Of a stretch of 64,000 nucleotides of DNA, positions 12,401 through 25,519 are shown one piece after another. The notes under the pieces are model-generated. The model did no database searches. It was given only the letters and a program-made list of their open reading frames with translations, and was not told the origin of the DNA. The stretch covers positions 1-64,000 of the forward strand of contig NIVC01003086.1 of the NCBI GenBank assembly GCA_002269645.1, given 5' to 3'. A program made the translations under genes and the position numbers. The first letter of the stretch is position 1. Each line of letters starts with the position of its first letter. The stretch comes from Macrostomum lignano. Lineage: Eukaryota.

Positions 12401-15400
12401 CAGACAGGGAGAGTCAGACACGGATAATCAGACAGGGAGAGTCAGACACGAAAAATCAGACAGGGAGAGTCAGACACGGAGAGTCAGACACGGAGAGTCA
12501 GACACGAAAAATCAGACAGGGAGAGTCAGACACGAAAAATCAGACGGAGAGTCAGACACGGAGAGTCAGACACGGAGAATCAGACAGGGAGAGTCAGACA
12601 CAGAGAGTCAGACAGGGAGAGTCAGACACGGAGAGTCAGACACGGAGAGTCAGACACGGAGAATCAGCTCACCATTCTTGGCCAGGTCGGAGACGCCGGC
12701 GCAGGTGCCATTGGCGGGATTGCAGGCCACGGACTCGCCGCCGCCGCAGACGCAGACCCTGGCGCAGTCCTGGCCGTAGAAGCCGGCCGGACAGGGCAGC
12801 TCGCACAGCGAGCCGGTGAACCCCGGCCGGCACCGACAGGCCTCGCTGTCCGGCTGCTGGCAGACGCCGCCGTTGAGGCACAGACAACGCCGCCTGGCGC
12901 ATCCGGGACCTTCAAAATACGGCCGACAGACGCAGCGGCCGCTAGAGTCGCAGCGACCGCCGATTTCGCTGCACGCCGCGCCGTCGGAGTCGCGGCAGGC
13001 GACGGCCAGATCGACAATTTTATCAGCACCACCGGAGCCGGCGGCGGGGGTAGCAGCGGCGTCAGCAAGGCGCGACGACGACGGAGTTGGCAACTGCTGC
13101 TGGCGTCGGCTGATGCACAGGACGGCGGCAGCCGGGCGAAGACAGGCAAACTGAGGCGAAGAGGAGCCGCCGCCGCCGCTGTCAAAGCAGAAGATTTAGA
13201 AGTAATAGAGTCTCCAGCCTTTCAGACTGTCAACGATAGAAGATAGAAAATATTCAACGATTCTACCAGAAGGTGCCGATTTTTACCCCATAAGCGCTAA
13301 GTGCATCCAGTGCGCTTGACCGCTTTCAAGCTTTCAAGAGACCCCACAGTTGCTAGGCATTTAATGTCACTAACCAGACAGCAGTCGGGCTGCCAATCAG
13401 AGTGCCGTTGACCATCAGGCCTGCAGCGTCTCCGGTTTCAAGGCTGACCGCATGTTCCATGCCCAGACGGAGCAGCAGGTCCGCGAAGTCGCTTAGCGAT
13501 AAACTGAAATTGGTTTGCAAAGACTCGTGTACATAGATTTAGACACGATTCTCATGGTGAGATTTAGTCACGATTCTCATGGTGAGATTTAGTCACGATT
13601 CTCATGGTGAGATTTAGTCACGATTCTCATGGTGAGATTTAGTCACGATTCTCATGGTGAGATTTAGTCACGATTCTCATATGGTGAGATTTAGACACGA
13701 TTCTCATTAGGTGAGATTTAGACACGATTCTCACGGTGAGATTTAGTCACGATTCTCATTAGGTGAGATTTAGACACGATTCTCATTAGGTGAGATTCAG
13801 ACACGATTCTCATATGGTGAGATTTAGACACGATTCTCATTAGGTGAGATTTAGACACGATTCTCATTAGGTGAGATTTAGACACGATTCTCATTAGGTG
13901 AGATTTAGACACGATTCTCAATAGGAGAGATTTAGTCACGATTCGCATTAGGTGAGATTTAGACACGATTCTCAATAGGAGAGATTTAGTCACGATTCGC
14001 ATTAGGTGAGATTTAGACACGATTCTCATTAGGTGAGATTTAGACACGATTCTCAATAGGAGAGATTTAGTCACGATTCGCATTAGGTGAGATTTAGACA
14101 CGATTCTCATTAGGTGAGATTTAGACACGATTCTCATTAGGTGAGATTTAGACACGATTCTCATTAGGTGAGATTTAGACACGATTCTCATTAGGTGAGA
14201 TTTAGACACAATTCTCATGGTGAGATTTAGACACGATTCTCAAAGTAAATTTTTTAAAAATTATAAAAGAACATAGCAACACACCCGGCCAAGCCAGGCC
14301 TGCCGACAATGTGCACCAGGGAAAGCTCGCCAGCTCGATTCCGACCAATCGCCGAGCGAGATGAAGGCGCTTTTGCGGCGGCGGCCGCTGCAGCCGCTTC
14401 TCCATCATCGGGGTGGCCCGCTGAGCGAGAGCAAGCCTCTAGGCGAAGACTGGCAGATGCAAACTGGAGGCAGAAGTAAAACAAATCAATTTAAATAGCT
14501 ACTCAAAATGTACATTGGCTATATAATGTAAATAACTGTATTCGAACTCACATTTTTGCCATCCCGAACAAGCCAGCCCTGACCGCCAATTAGCTGTTTG
14601 AATCGGTTCAATTCTGTCGGTTTTGAGTCCGGGTATCTGCGCGATTAGGGAGTATTGCGTAATCAGTTGAGACCATGCTTGGGCGCAACCTAGGGATTCA
14701 CCCGGCCGTTTCTATTGGCAACACACACATGTAAGTCGCTATTGGACGGAATAGTAGTCACGACTGCTCTCAGCCAATAGCGACTTACATGTGTGTGTTG
14801 CCAATAGAAACGGCCGGGTGATTCCCAAGGTTGCGCACTTGAGACACTTGGATATCCGTTACCAGAGTTGGCAGAGATTATGACACAAAAAACCTAGCTG
14901 CTAGATATTGGTTGAGTCTGGGTTTTATCTGATATCAATTTTCTGAAGCTTCAAGTTATCGATTGTCCTAAGGGGGGTGCTTTTAGATTAGAGGCAGGGG
15001 GCTGTGTGCCGGACTTTCAGCGACTTTGTCACAACCGGCGAGAGCATTACTGCCGATTCCACCGACTCCCCTGAGCCGAAACCAGGGTGTTTCAGGGTGT
15101 CGATTCAGGGTGTTAGGAATCGATAAAGGCCGTTAGATTTCGATTGAGGATGTTGGATATTGATTGAGGATGTTAGATAACGATTGAGGGTGCTAGATAT
15201 TGATTGGGGGTGTCAGACATCGATTAAGGGTGTTAAACATCGATTAAGAGGTGTTAGACATCGATTAAGGGGTGTTAGACATCGATTAAGGGCGTTAGAC
15301 ATCGATTAAGGGGTGTTAGACATCGATCAAGGGGCGTTAGACATCGATTAAGGGGTGTTAGACATCGATCAAGGGGTGTTAGACATCGATCAAGGGGTGT

Positions 15401-16217
15401 TAGACATCGATTAAGGGGTGTTAAACATCGAATTAAAGGTGTTAGACATCGATTAAGGGGTGTTAAATATCGATTAAGGGGTGTTAAATATCGATTAAGG
15501 GATGTTAGATATTGATTAAGGGTGCTGCCACCATCAGCCGGCATATGCTGCCAAATAACTATACTAACCCGAAGAAGACTTCGCCAGCTTCGGTGACGCC
15601 GAAGTGCACAGCGACCCGGCCGTGTTCAGCCGACTCGGACAGCAGCTGCCGGCCATCGCTCACCAGCTGGCCAAGGCAGCCGCCAGCCCCGGCCGCCGAA
15701 GCCGGCAGCACAGCTTCGCAGTTGTGAGCGGCGGCCAGGCCAGCCAGTCTGCTGGCAGCCTGAGGCTCCGGCGGCATCGAGTCGAAACTGTCGCCACAGC
15801 GCATCGGCAGAGCTGCAGGCAGGACTCGGATCGCTCTGGCAGCGCCGCGGACTGTGACAACGCCGCCAGTGACAGGACCGTGCGGGCCGGGCTCCAGCAG
15901 CCAGCGAGTCCGAACTATCGTCGAGTTGTCAATCAGCATTCGCGCAGGCGGAATGAACAACCGAGGCAGAGAACGAGACGATGACGGACAAGCGATAGCC
16001 TCGGGCGCGGCACGGGTTGTTGGTATTGGCGATGCAGTTGTACTTTTAGACTGAAAGAGTCTTGACGTTGCCGGCACAATGTCGGGAACTGCTGGCGGCG
16101 GACGGCGCGGCTGCACTGGCAAGTCGACATTGTCGAAATCGTCAGAGTCGTAGTTGTCAAAGTCGTCAGGGTCAACGCTGAGCAGTGAGCAGCCGGGGTT
16201 GAGAAGACATGGATGCT
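9476..16217 (-). CDS. NAGPA: NAGPA/UCE-like type I membrane protein (DUF2233/NAGPA domain + EGF-like repeats + TM + YQPL tail); catalytic motifs degenerate
   Basis: Phase-consistent exons: 16217-15569, 14636-14552, 14463-14285, 13503-13375, 13178-12673, 9720-9476. Peptides CLGQLVSDGR..HFGVTEAGEVFFGY, FKQLIGGQGWLVRDG, SSRSAIGRNRAGELSLVH and LSDFADLL..VNGTL..C..VLCI, followed by Cys-rich EGF-like repeats, a TM helix and YQPL, follow the order of human UCE. The start/signal exon lies upstream (candidate 17504-~17410). Confidence 0.85.
9795..10145. repeat. 27-bp intronic minisatellite, ~13 copies
   Basis: Unit GGCGCCGGAACATCAAAGGTCAAATTT, about 75 nt upstream of the acceptor of the last NAGPA-like exon. 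Confidence 0.92.
10590..11437. repeat. ~24-26-bp purine-rich minisatellite
   Basis: Unit GAGAATGAGAGTCAGTCACAGA(GA)n. Confidence 0.92.
11460..12665. repeat. ~14-15-bp purine-rich minisatellite abutting the exon donor at 12672
   Basis: Units GGAGAGTCAGACAC / GGAGAATCAGACAG. Confidence 0.92.
13530..14240. repeat. 24/27-bp intronic minisatellite
   Basis: Unit GAGATTTAGACACGATTCTCAT(TAG)GT; source of the spurious (MRIVSKSHL)n ORF. Confidence 0.92.
14683..14836. mobile_element. 154-bp hairpin/MITE-like element (63-bp inverted arms, 28-bp spacer)
   Basis: 14683-14745 is the reverse complement of 14774-14836 with 2 mismatches. No TSD recognised. Confidence 0.6.
15105..15525. repeat. 21-bp intronic minisatellite
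   Basis: Unit GTGTTAGACATCGATTAAGGG. Confidence 0.9.
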
Positions 16218-18010
16218 CTGAGATAAAACTTAGCTAGCACTAAAACTTAAAATCTAAGATCCATCTAAGATTTGAGTTTTTAAGTGTCACAACTACAGTG
16301 CTTTTAGGAGATAGTTCAGAATTCAAAGGTCTTCGTGTCATAACATATGCCACAACAGGTCAGGTTAGAGAGGCTCAACAGTGTAAATAGTAGGGTAGAG
16401 ATGTAGTTATTTTATTAGAATTTGAACTTTTAGACTGATGCCATCTGGAATTCTGGTTTTCAATTTGGTATCCTACATTTGAATTAAGGATGCCAGATGG
16501 CACTGCAATTTTTTGTCCTTTTTTCAACATTTGGCACAAAATTGGAACAAAAGTCTTATTTGCAAAAGTTTTAGTAGTAAACAGCACTAAGCTGTGAGCA
16601 AGATTCTTCCCTCTTTTTCTTTTAAAAAATTGTTTTATACATATGCTCATATAATGCCTGTAATAGATTATATAACATTTAAAATAACTTGAGATTTACT
16701 AGCCTAAGATAAGTTACAGAAACAATATATATATGGTACACAGATTTTTCTCTAAAAATTTGTTCTATTATACTTGTTAAACAATTAAAAGGGAGCATTT
16801 GGACTATTGTCAAATAGTAATAGGGTATACTACTTTTATGAAATGTGATAAATGGCTAACTCACAAATATAGCTAGTACTAGCAATAATTTTTGAAGGGA
16901 AAAAGTCAACTATAAATTATAATTATCTTGACAATAATTAACTACTTTATGGATCTATAAATTTAAATAACTTTTTATTTGAGACAAAATGACATTCTGA
17001 GATTAATATATATAGATATACTGAAAAGGCAGGTAAAAGAATAAATAATGGCTAATAGAACACGAAGAGATCAGAGATTCATTAGCTGGAACATGGATAA
17101 ATTTTAGATAGCTAAGCAATATATGGTTAAGGAGTGCTAGATGAAAAAATAAAAGTTGATACTAACTATTTGCTTGAAATTCAATTATGGTATGCCATAT
17201 CATTATAGGCCTAGGAATAGGAAGTTGTTGGGAATTTGATATACTATTAATATCCCAATTAGGCCTAGTAGGGCCTACTAAACCCATTAAAAGGAGTGAA
17301 ACATTGTAAGTAAAACTACTTCTATCGATTATTATGAGGGATTGCAAGGCTAGTGTCTTTGAGAACATGAATATAAATTATAAGACAATAAAATAGAAAG
17401 TACGTACTAACATACCCTAGTTTATTATCTTGACTTCTGCGCTGCACGGAAATGTTGACACACAAAAGCAGCATCAAAACTGTACCAAAATTTTGGAAAT
17501 ACATTTATTCTTTTTAGCTAGGTCAAATCAACTCAACAGTAATCAAAAGTTTAGTAGCAAAATTCTGTCTTCTGTTTAAGTTGATTTTGATATAAAATAT
17601 TGGGCCGATAACGAATTTTAAATTTCAAGTAAAAACGTCCACGTTCTTTAGTAAACAGACTGAAAGTAACGAGATTTCAAACTTTTTAAAATTTTTGTTC
17701 AGTTTTTCATATGCGCATGTGCATCGGTTTGAAAAATGTAAAAGTCTTGCTTCTAAGAAGCGTCAATAAATAAAACACAAGTTTCTTGAGAAAACTTATT
17801 CTTTGCAGAAATTTTTACAATAGAAAAGTAAAAACTTAGAAAAATAAATATATAAACATTTTGAACTCGTTTTTTAAAACTATTTTGTTTCCTTTTCTGC
17901 ATCCATGTAAGCTTGTTTAACTTGTTTATTGTATGTTGAATTATACCAAAGGACCTGGTCAAAATCATAATTAAGTGCTTTTTAAAGCATATAGATATCA
18001 TCAATCGGCA

Positions 18011-21000
18011 ATGAAAACACAAAATAAAGGAAAAACGAAGAAGTTTTCACTCAAAGTGCATTTTGATATCACAGATGAAACAATTTGTTTCGCTCGAGTG
18101 ACTCCAAAGTCTACTATAAGAGATTTAAAAGGGTACATAGAGCTGGAAACTGGCATCCCATGCGAATTACAGAAGCTGAATTACTTGGATGCAGGTAATA
18201 AAAGGCTTGTTGAATTATTGAATTTTATCTGCACTAAAAATGCGTGTCTTGGCCAACTATTTTACTCAAAACTGGAATGAAAAACTGCATTTTCTTTCAG
18301 GAGACTTACCAGACGAGCAAACAATAAAGAAGATTGAGATTGTACCAAAAGCAACAATCAATATGCAAGTTTGGCACACTTGGAGAGATTTAGTCGAAGC
18401 CTGCTGCTCGAGAGATATTGAATGGGTTCGTGCTTTTAATTATTGAACTTTTTTACGACAGAAGGAGAACTTTAAACTAATAATTTGTACTCCTCATTAA
18501 CTGGTCCCTTCAGAATTCAGAATAAATGACAAGATTGGTAAGAAACATAATAATAAAAAATCAAAACGTGCATCAAAATCATTTTATAGATATTAATACA
18601 GTACACTTTTTCAGATTTGGCCGTGCATTCTGGTTTATTTCACTGTGTGCATTTACGAGTAATTCGCACTTATTCTTCTTTTTATTGATCGCCCTGTCAC
18701 TATCATGCTAATCTGCATTACAATAGAAATCTATATAGGAATAAATGGGGTTAAATATTAAAATAATATGTAACACTCAGAAATTAAATTCCATAGCTTT
18801 ACACACGAACGTCTATCTCCTTCAATTTCATGAAGTTGTTTTCTCTCGGCGTAACAAAAGATTCGAAGTTTCAAACGCCAACCTCGGAGTACATGCTGCC
18901 CAAGCAGCGGCTGGAGTGGCTGCGGCAGAGAGCCGGGGTCGCCCTGTTCATCGCCTGCCACAGGTCGCACTACGAGATGGCCAGCCAACTGCTCAGCAGC
19001 GGTGAGAGTTCAGAGACCAGAGAAAGCGGCTTAGGTTGTGATGAGTTTCGCTTAAAAATCTCTCTTTTCGGCTCAGGATGACGTTCCAAATCTCACCCCT
19101 TAGATTAAGTCTGCCGGTTTAAAGATCTCACCCCAGAGATTGGGAGACAGTAGAAAAGATCTCACCCCCAAAGATTGGGAGACAGTAGAAAAGATCTCAC
19201 CCAGAGACTAGGTGACAGTAGAAAAGATCTCACCCCAGAGATTAGGTTACAGTATTATCCCTGCCTGGAATCTAAAGTCTGACACTTGCAAAGCCCTAGA
19301 TTTTATTTCCAAGTCAGTGCTTACTCCGACTCGAATATTCGCCAATCTTCACCAAGGCGCGAATGTCAACGCCACCACGGCATTGGGACGCTCGCCCTTG
19401 CACGTGGCAGCGGCAAAGAACAATGGCGACATCATCAACCTGCTGCTGGAGAGCGGTGAGTTGTTCAGCTTCGACTTGATTCATGATTACTTCCGCTCTT
19501 CCATTTAGTTCCGCCGCTAACGACCCTCCAATCCCTGATCCCTGAATTGGCTTTTCTAATTTCAAAATCAGCTTCCTCAATCCAAAATCAGCTTTCCTAA
19601 TCCCTAATTTAGCTTCGTTAATCCAAAAATCAACTTTCCTAATTCCTAAATCAGTTCCTTAATTCCTAAATCAGCTTCCCTAATCCCATAAATCAGCTTC
19701 CCTAATCCCATAAATCAGCTTCCCTGATTCCATAAATCAGCTTCCCTAATCCCATAAATCAGCTTCCCTGATTCCATAAATCAGCTTCCCTAATCCCATA
19801 AATCAGCTTCCCTAATCCCATAAATCAGCTTCCCTAATTCCAAAAATCGGCTTCCATGATCCATAAATCAGCTTCCCTAATCCCATAAATCAGCTTCCCT
19901 AATTCATAAATCAGCTTCCCTAATTCATAAATCAGCTTCCCTAATTCATAAATCGGCTTCCCTAATTCATAAATCAGCTTCCCTAATTCATAAATCAGCT
20001 TCCCTAATTCATAAATCAGCTTCCCTAATTCCATAAATCAGCTTCCCCTAATCCCATAAATCAGCTTCCCTAATCCCATAAATCAGCTTCCCCTAATCCC
20101 ATAAATCAGCTTCCCTAATCCTATAAATCAGCTTCCCTGATTCCATAAATCAGCTTCCCTAATTCCATAAATCAGCTTCCCTAATTCCATAAATCGGCTT
20201 CCCTGATCCCACGCAGGCGCTGACGTGGACCTTGAGGACAAGAACGGGCAGAACCCCCTGGCCGTGGCGGCAGAATTCGGTCACAAAGGCTGCGAGAGGC
20301 GGCTGTTCATGTTCCGCTGGCAGCAGCGGGCCAAGTCCGCGAAGCCGCAGTTCCTTAATCCGACGCTGAAGGAGTTCCAGCGCTCAGATTCGGCCTATCC
20401 GAAGTGGCGCGTAGGCGAGTCGCTGCAGGTCTACCTGCAGAAGGTGCAGCCGCCCGAGGAGTTCATCGGGACGGCGCTGCACGCGCCGAGACGGAATTGG
20501 CACCGGCGGAGCTCCGCCACGCCGGAGGAGCTGCTGACTCAGCGGACAGCGTCTGGCAGGTGGGATGGAGGGGTATAGAGTGGAGGGTATAGACGGGAGG
20601 GTATAGGCAGGAGGGTAAATACAGGAGGGTATAGACAGGATGGATAGAGCGGAGGGAATGGACAGGAGGGTATAGACGGAAGAGTATAGACAGGAGGGTA
20701 TAAACGGAAGAGTATAGACAGGAGGGTATAGAGCGGAGGGAATGGACAGAAGGGTATAGATGGGATAGATAGAGTGGAAGGAATTGAGATTCAAGGGTCG
20801 GTAGCAATAGCAAAGAGAGGTAATGGGATAACTATGTACCAAAATTTGCAAAATCTAATCTTTTTTTACTTGGGCAGCATATCATCAATGACTCAGCAGC
20901 CCGGTACATTAAGTCCCCCCCATCCTGCTGCAGGGCGATTTCCTACGAGCAGTGGCAGCAGAAGAAGCGCAACGAGCGGCGCAAAGTGATTGAAGACGAG

Positions 21001-21924
21001 CGGCAGGCGCGGGAGCAGGAGGAGGCCAAGCGAAAGAGGTGGGCCATTGGCCGGAGACTGGGCACTTGGGTCGCTGGTATTAAGATGTCCAAAATATTGC
21101 CCAGACCGGATACCCAATGTCCCAGACCGGATACCCAATGTCCCAGACCGGATACCCAATTTCCCAGACCGGATACCCAATGTCCCGACCGGATACCCAA
21201 TTTCCCAGACCGGATACCCAATGTCCCAGACCGGATACCCAATGTCCCAGACCGGATACCCAATTTCCCAGACCGGATACCCAATGTCCCAGACCGGATA
21301 CCCAATTTCCCAGACCGGATACCCAATGTCCCAGACCAGATACCCAATGTCCCAGACCAGATACCCAATGTCCCAGACCGGATACCCAATGTCCCAGACC
21401 GGATACGTATGTCCTAGACCTAGACCAGATACCTTATGTCCCAGACTGAATATCCAATGTCTCAGATCGGATACCCAATGTCCCAGACCGGATATCCAAT
21501 GTCCAAAATTGAAACCTATGACCAAAATCTCGGACACCCAATGACCAAAATCTCGGATACCCCCAAAACCCGCTATAGGCAGGAGCTGGACCAGCAGCTC
21601 GCCCAGCTGACTCGCCAGGCCTATGCTCAGCACGACGGCTCTGCAGGCGGCCCTGGCGGCCACGCCTTGCCGCCAATCGCTGGTCACGACGGCCAACAGG
21701 CTGACCCGCATCACCCCGGCCAGCAGCAGCAGCGTCGGTCGGCGTTCCGACAGCGCCGACTGGATCCTCGGTTGAACGCCTACGAGCAGTGGCTGAAGGA
21801 CAGGCAGGAGCGGCAGGACTCGCTGCCCGCAGCGGCGCCGCCGCCGCCCTACCAGGTGATGATCCAGGAGTTCTGCCGGAGAAAGTGCTCACACGATGAG
21901 CACGCGGATGAATTTTCGGATTGA
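18011..21924 (+). CDS. ANKRD60: Ankyrin repeat domain protein 60-like (ubiquitin-like domain + ankyrin repeats)
   Basis: Phase-consistent exons: 18011-18194, 18301-18425, 18836-19001, 19357-19455, 20217-20559, 20934-21038, 21579-21924. GIPCELQKLNYLDAG, LFSLGVTKDSKFQTPTSE, QRAGVALFIACHR and LGRSPLHVAAA match ANKRD60 as remembered. Confidence 0.85.
19555..20205. repeat. 21-22-bp intronic minisatellite
   Basis: Unit CATAAATCAGCTTCCCTAATCC, running up to the acceptor at 20216. Confidence 0.92.
20570..20775. repeat. 14-bp intronic minisatellite
   Basis: Unit GGAGGGTATAGACA, starting just after the donor at 20560. Confidence 0.85.
21100..21560. repeat. 21-bp intronic minisatellite
   Basis: Unit CCCAGACCGGATACCCAATGT; source of the (PRPDTQC)n ORFs. 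Confidence 0.92.
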
Positions 21925-22729
21925 TTTTATCGCGATCTGTACTTTTAAATGTTGCTTTGTACTTTTAAACTACATTTGTACTTTACTCATGTTACTTGTA
22001 TTTTTGCCTGTTACATTTGTACTATTAGTACGCGATTTGTACTTTTAACATGCCTTTTTTACTAAACGATTTTCGTCTTTTAAACATCCGTTTTGTACTT
22101 GTACTTTTAAAATGTATTTGTACTTTCAAGAACTTATTTGTACTTTTAGCATAGCATGCGTTTTTGAACGTTTTTAAGAAACGAATTTTAATGTTTTTCT
22201 TCCATTTTCAAAGCAGTAAAGTGCAGTAAATAGCCAATTAGATGCGATCCACTTTTTGTTGCCTGTAAAAATGAAATTTAACTTTTAATAGATTAATCTT
22301 GTAATTTTGAAACAACAGGCCTTCAAAAATGACGATTCTATTCCACAGATTCGTGTACAGGTATTATTTAATAGATTTTTACTAGTTAAAAAATTATAAA
22401 ATAAGTTAAAAATTCAAAGGCTTACTTTTCGGTTTTCTTTTGGTATCGCTGTTTTGTATACACGGAACAGAAAAAGTATAAACGGGACCACAAACTAGAG
22501 ATTGCAATGTGTATGCGTATAAATATATTTAGTACAGATAATCTTCTTTACTTATCTAGCGAATATTAACATTCGGGTGAGAGCTTTGATAACAAACAGA
22601 AACTTAGCTGGCTATATTGCGTGCGCAATAAATATTAATGAATTATTAATAAGTATTATAATATTGCTACTGTGCCTGCTGATTCATATGCTGAGCATTG
22701 CTAACTGTGTGTGTACTGAGCAGCACTGG

Positions 22730-24430
22730 TGGTGGGTCAGAGGGCGATTCATGATATGGGTCAGAGGGCGATTCCTGATATGGGTCAGAGGGCGATTCCT
22801 GATATGGGTCAGAGGGCGATTCTTGATGTGGGTCAGAGGGCGATTCCTGATATGGGTCAGAGGGCGATTCCTAATGTGGGTCAGAGGGCGATTCCTGATA
22901 TGGGTCAGAGGGCGATTCCTAATGTGGGTCAGAGGGCTATTCCTGATATGGATCAGAGGGCGATTCCTGATATGGGTCAGAGGGCGATTCTTGATGTGGG
23001 TCAGAGGGCGATTCCTGATATGGGTCAGAGGGCGATTCCTAATGTGGGTCAGAGGGCGATTCCTGATATGGGTCAGAGGGCGATTCCTAATGTGGGTCAG
23101 AGGGCTATTCCTGATATGGATCAGAGGGGGATTCCTGATATGGGTCAGAGGGCGATTCCTGATATGGGTCAGAGGGCGATTCCTGATATGGGTCAGAGGG
23201 CGATTCCTGATATGGGTCAGAGGGCGATTCCTAATGTGGGTCAGAGGGCGATTCCTGATATGGGTCAGAGGGCGATTCCTAATGTGGATCAGAGGGGGAT
23301 TCCTGATATGGGTCAGAGGGCGATTCCTGATATGGGTCAGAGGGCGATTCCTAATGTGGGTCAGAGGGCTATTCCTGATATGGGTCAGAGGGCGATTCCT
23401 GATATGGGTCAGAGGGCGATTCCTAATGTGGGTCAGAGGGCTATTCCTGATATGGATCAGAGGGGGATTCCTGATATGGATCAGAGGGGGATTCCTGATA
23501 TGGATCAGAGGGGGATTCCTGATATGGGTCAGAGGGCGATTCCTGATATGGGTCAGAGGGCGATTCCTGATATGGGTCAGAGGGCGATTCCTAATGTGGG
23601 TCAGAGGGCGATTCCTGATATGGGTCAGAGGGCGATTCCTAATGTGGGTCAGAGGGCTATTCCTGATATGGATCAGAGGGGGATTCCTGATATGGGTCAG
23701 AGGGCGATTCCTGATATGGGTCAGAGGGCGATTCCTAATGTGGGTCAGAGGGCTATTCCTGATATGGGTCAGAGGGCGATTCCTAATGTGGGTCAGAGGG
23801 CTATTCCTGATATGGATCAGAGGGGGATTCCTGATATGGGTCAGAGGGCGATTCCTGATATGGGTCAGAGGGCGATTCCTGATATGGGTCAGAGGGCGAT
23901 TCCTGATATGGGTCAGAGGGCGATTCCTGATATGGGTCAGAGGGCGATTCCTAATGTGGGTCAGAGGGCGATTCCTGATATGGGTCAGAGGGGGATTCCT
24001 GATATGGGTCAGAGGGCGATTCCTGATATGGGTCAGAGGGCGATTCTTGATGTGGGTCAGAGGGCGATTCTTGATGTGGGTCAGAGGGCGATTCCTGATA
24101 TGGATCAGAGGGCGATTCCTGATGTGGGTCAGAGGGCGATTCTTGATATGGATCAGAGGGCGATTCTTGATATGGGTCAGAGGGCGATTGCTGATATGGG
24201 TCAGAGGGCGATTGCTGATATGGGTCAGAGGGCGATTCTTGATGTGGGTCAGAGGGCGATTCTTGATGTGGGTCAGAGGGCGATTCCTGATATGGGTCAG
24301 AGGGCGATTCTTGATGTGGGTCAGAGGGCGATTCCTGATATGGGTCAGAGGGCGATTCCTGATATGGGTCAGAGGGCGATTCCTGATATGGGTCAGAGGG
24401 CGATTCCTGATATGGGTCAGAGGGCGATTC
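22730..24430. repeat. 24-bp minisatellite, ~70 copies
   Basis: Unit TGGGTCAGAGGGCGATTCCTGATA with recurring variants; source of the 618-aa and 589-aa repeat ORFs. Confidence 0.95.
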
Positions 24431-25519
24431 TAAAACTGACATCAGAAAGCCAGTCGTGCGGAGTACATTTTGAGCTACTGATTATATACTATATGTAAGA
24501 ATAACTACTGTTAGCAGTATAAAAAAATAAACAGCCATTAATATAAAAGCGTTACAAGTTGTGCAGTGCAGACGGTAGCGATTGCAAATACAATATGCAA
24601 GTCCGCAGATAACCGGCCTAGGAATGAGGGGGGGGGCAAGACAAAAGCCAGGCATACCTGAAATTATTAGCTTGAAAAATAAGTTGGAAAAATAGGATTC
24701 TACTACATTATAAACTGGGATCTGAGCAAATGATTTACAAAACACGCTAAAGATAGCTACAAGTGTGAAAAAGTATTTATATGGCACTAAAGTGATACGC
24801 TGACTACACTACTAGTTGCAGTACTAATAAACGGACAAGAAATGATCCAAGCTTATAAGCTTTAAATTAGCCAGCAGAGCAATAAAGTGAAGGATAATAG
24901 CAGAGCAACTCTCACATCAATCAGAAAAAACCTGTAAGCTATCGTTCTCCGTAAATTCAAGCCAGACTCGTAAGGTAGAAAAATAGTTCAATAAAATCCG
25001 TTGATAATTTTTAACAAGAAAAATAATGATTTTCCAAATCTCCGATGCATCTACCGTAACAGTTTATCAATAAACATTGATAAAACATATTTTGTTGTTT
25101 ACAAATGCAAAAAAACTTTGCGATATTTTACGGGCGTATAAAACTGAAACTCACTGGTGCCTACTAATATCAGTAGTGAGATAGTGCATGCAATCGAGAA
25201 ATTCAACAGTACAACAAGTCTACAAAGTTAGAGAGACAAAAAATTTGCTTTAATAATGCGACAACGCAAGTTTTATAGCAACGGTTGCTATGGTTACTGC
25301 TGGTTTCCGGAATCAGTTGCTATGCGACTTCTACGAGCTTAGGTTCTACGTACCTGGTTGCTATGCAATGTTCAGTTTGTATGCTCCTGGTTTGTATGAA
25401 ACTTTTAGTGTCTATGCAAGTTGTTGCCATGCAAAATTTAGTTCCCATGAATTTCGTTGCTATGCGACCTTTAGTTCTTTTGCTCCTGGTTACTATGGTA
25501 TTTTTAGTGTCTATGCAAC

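Noticed and set aside
15548-15568. Apparent 21-nt GT-AG intron in the NAGPA-like gene
   Set aside because: Too short and leads to a stop. The exon at 14636-14552 restores both frame and homology.
22577-24498. 618-aa (WVRGRFLI)n and 589-aa (MGQRAIPD)n ORFs
   Set aside because: Products of a 24-bp minisatellite that is open in multiple frames. No splice or compositional support for a real repeat protein, although RNA-seq would be needed to exclude it fully.
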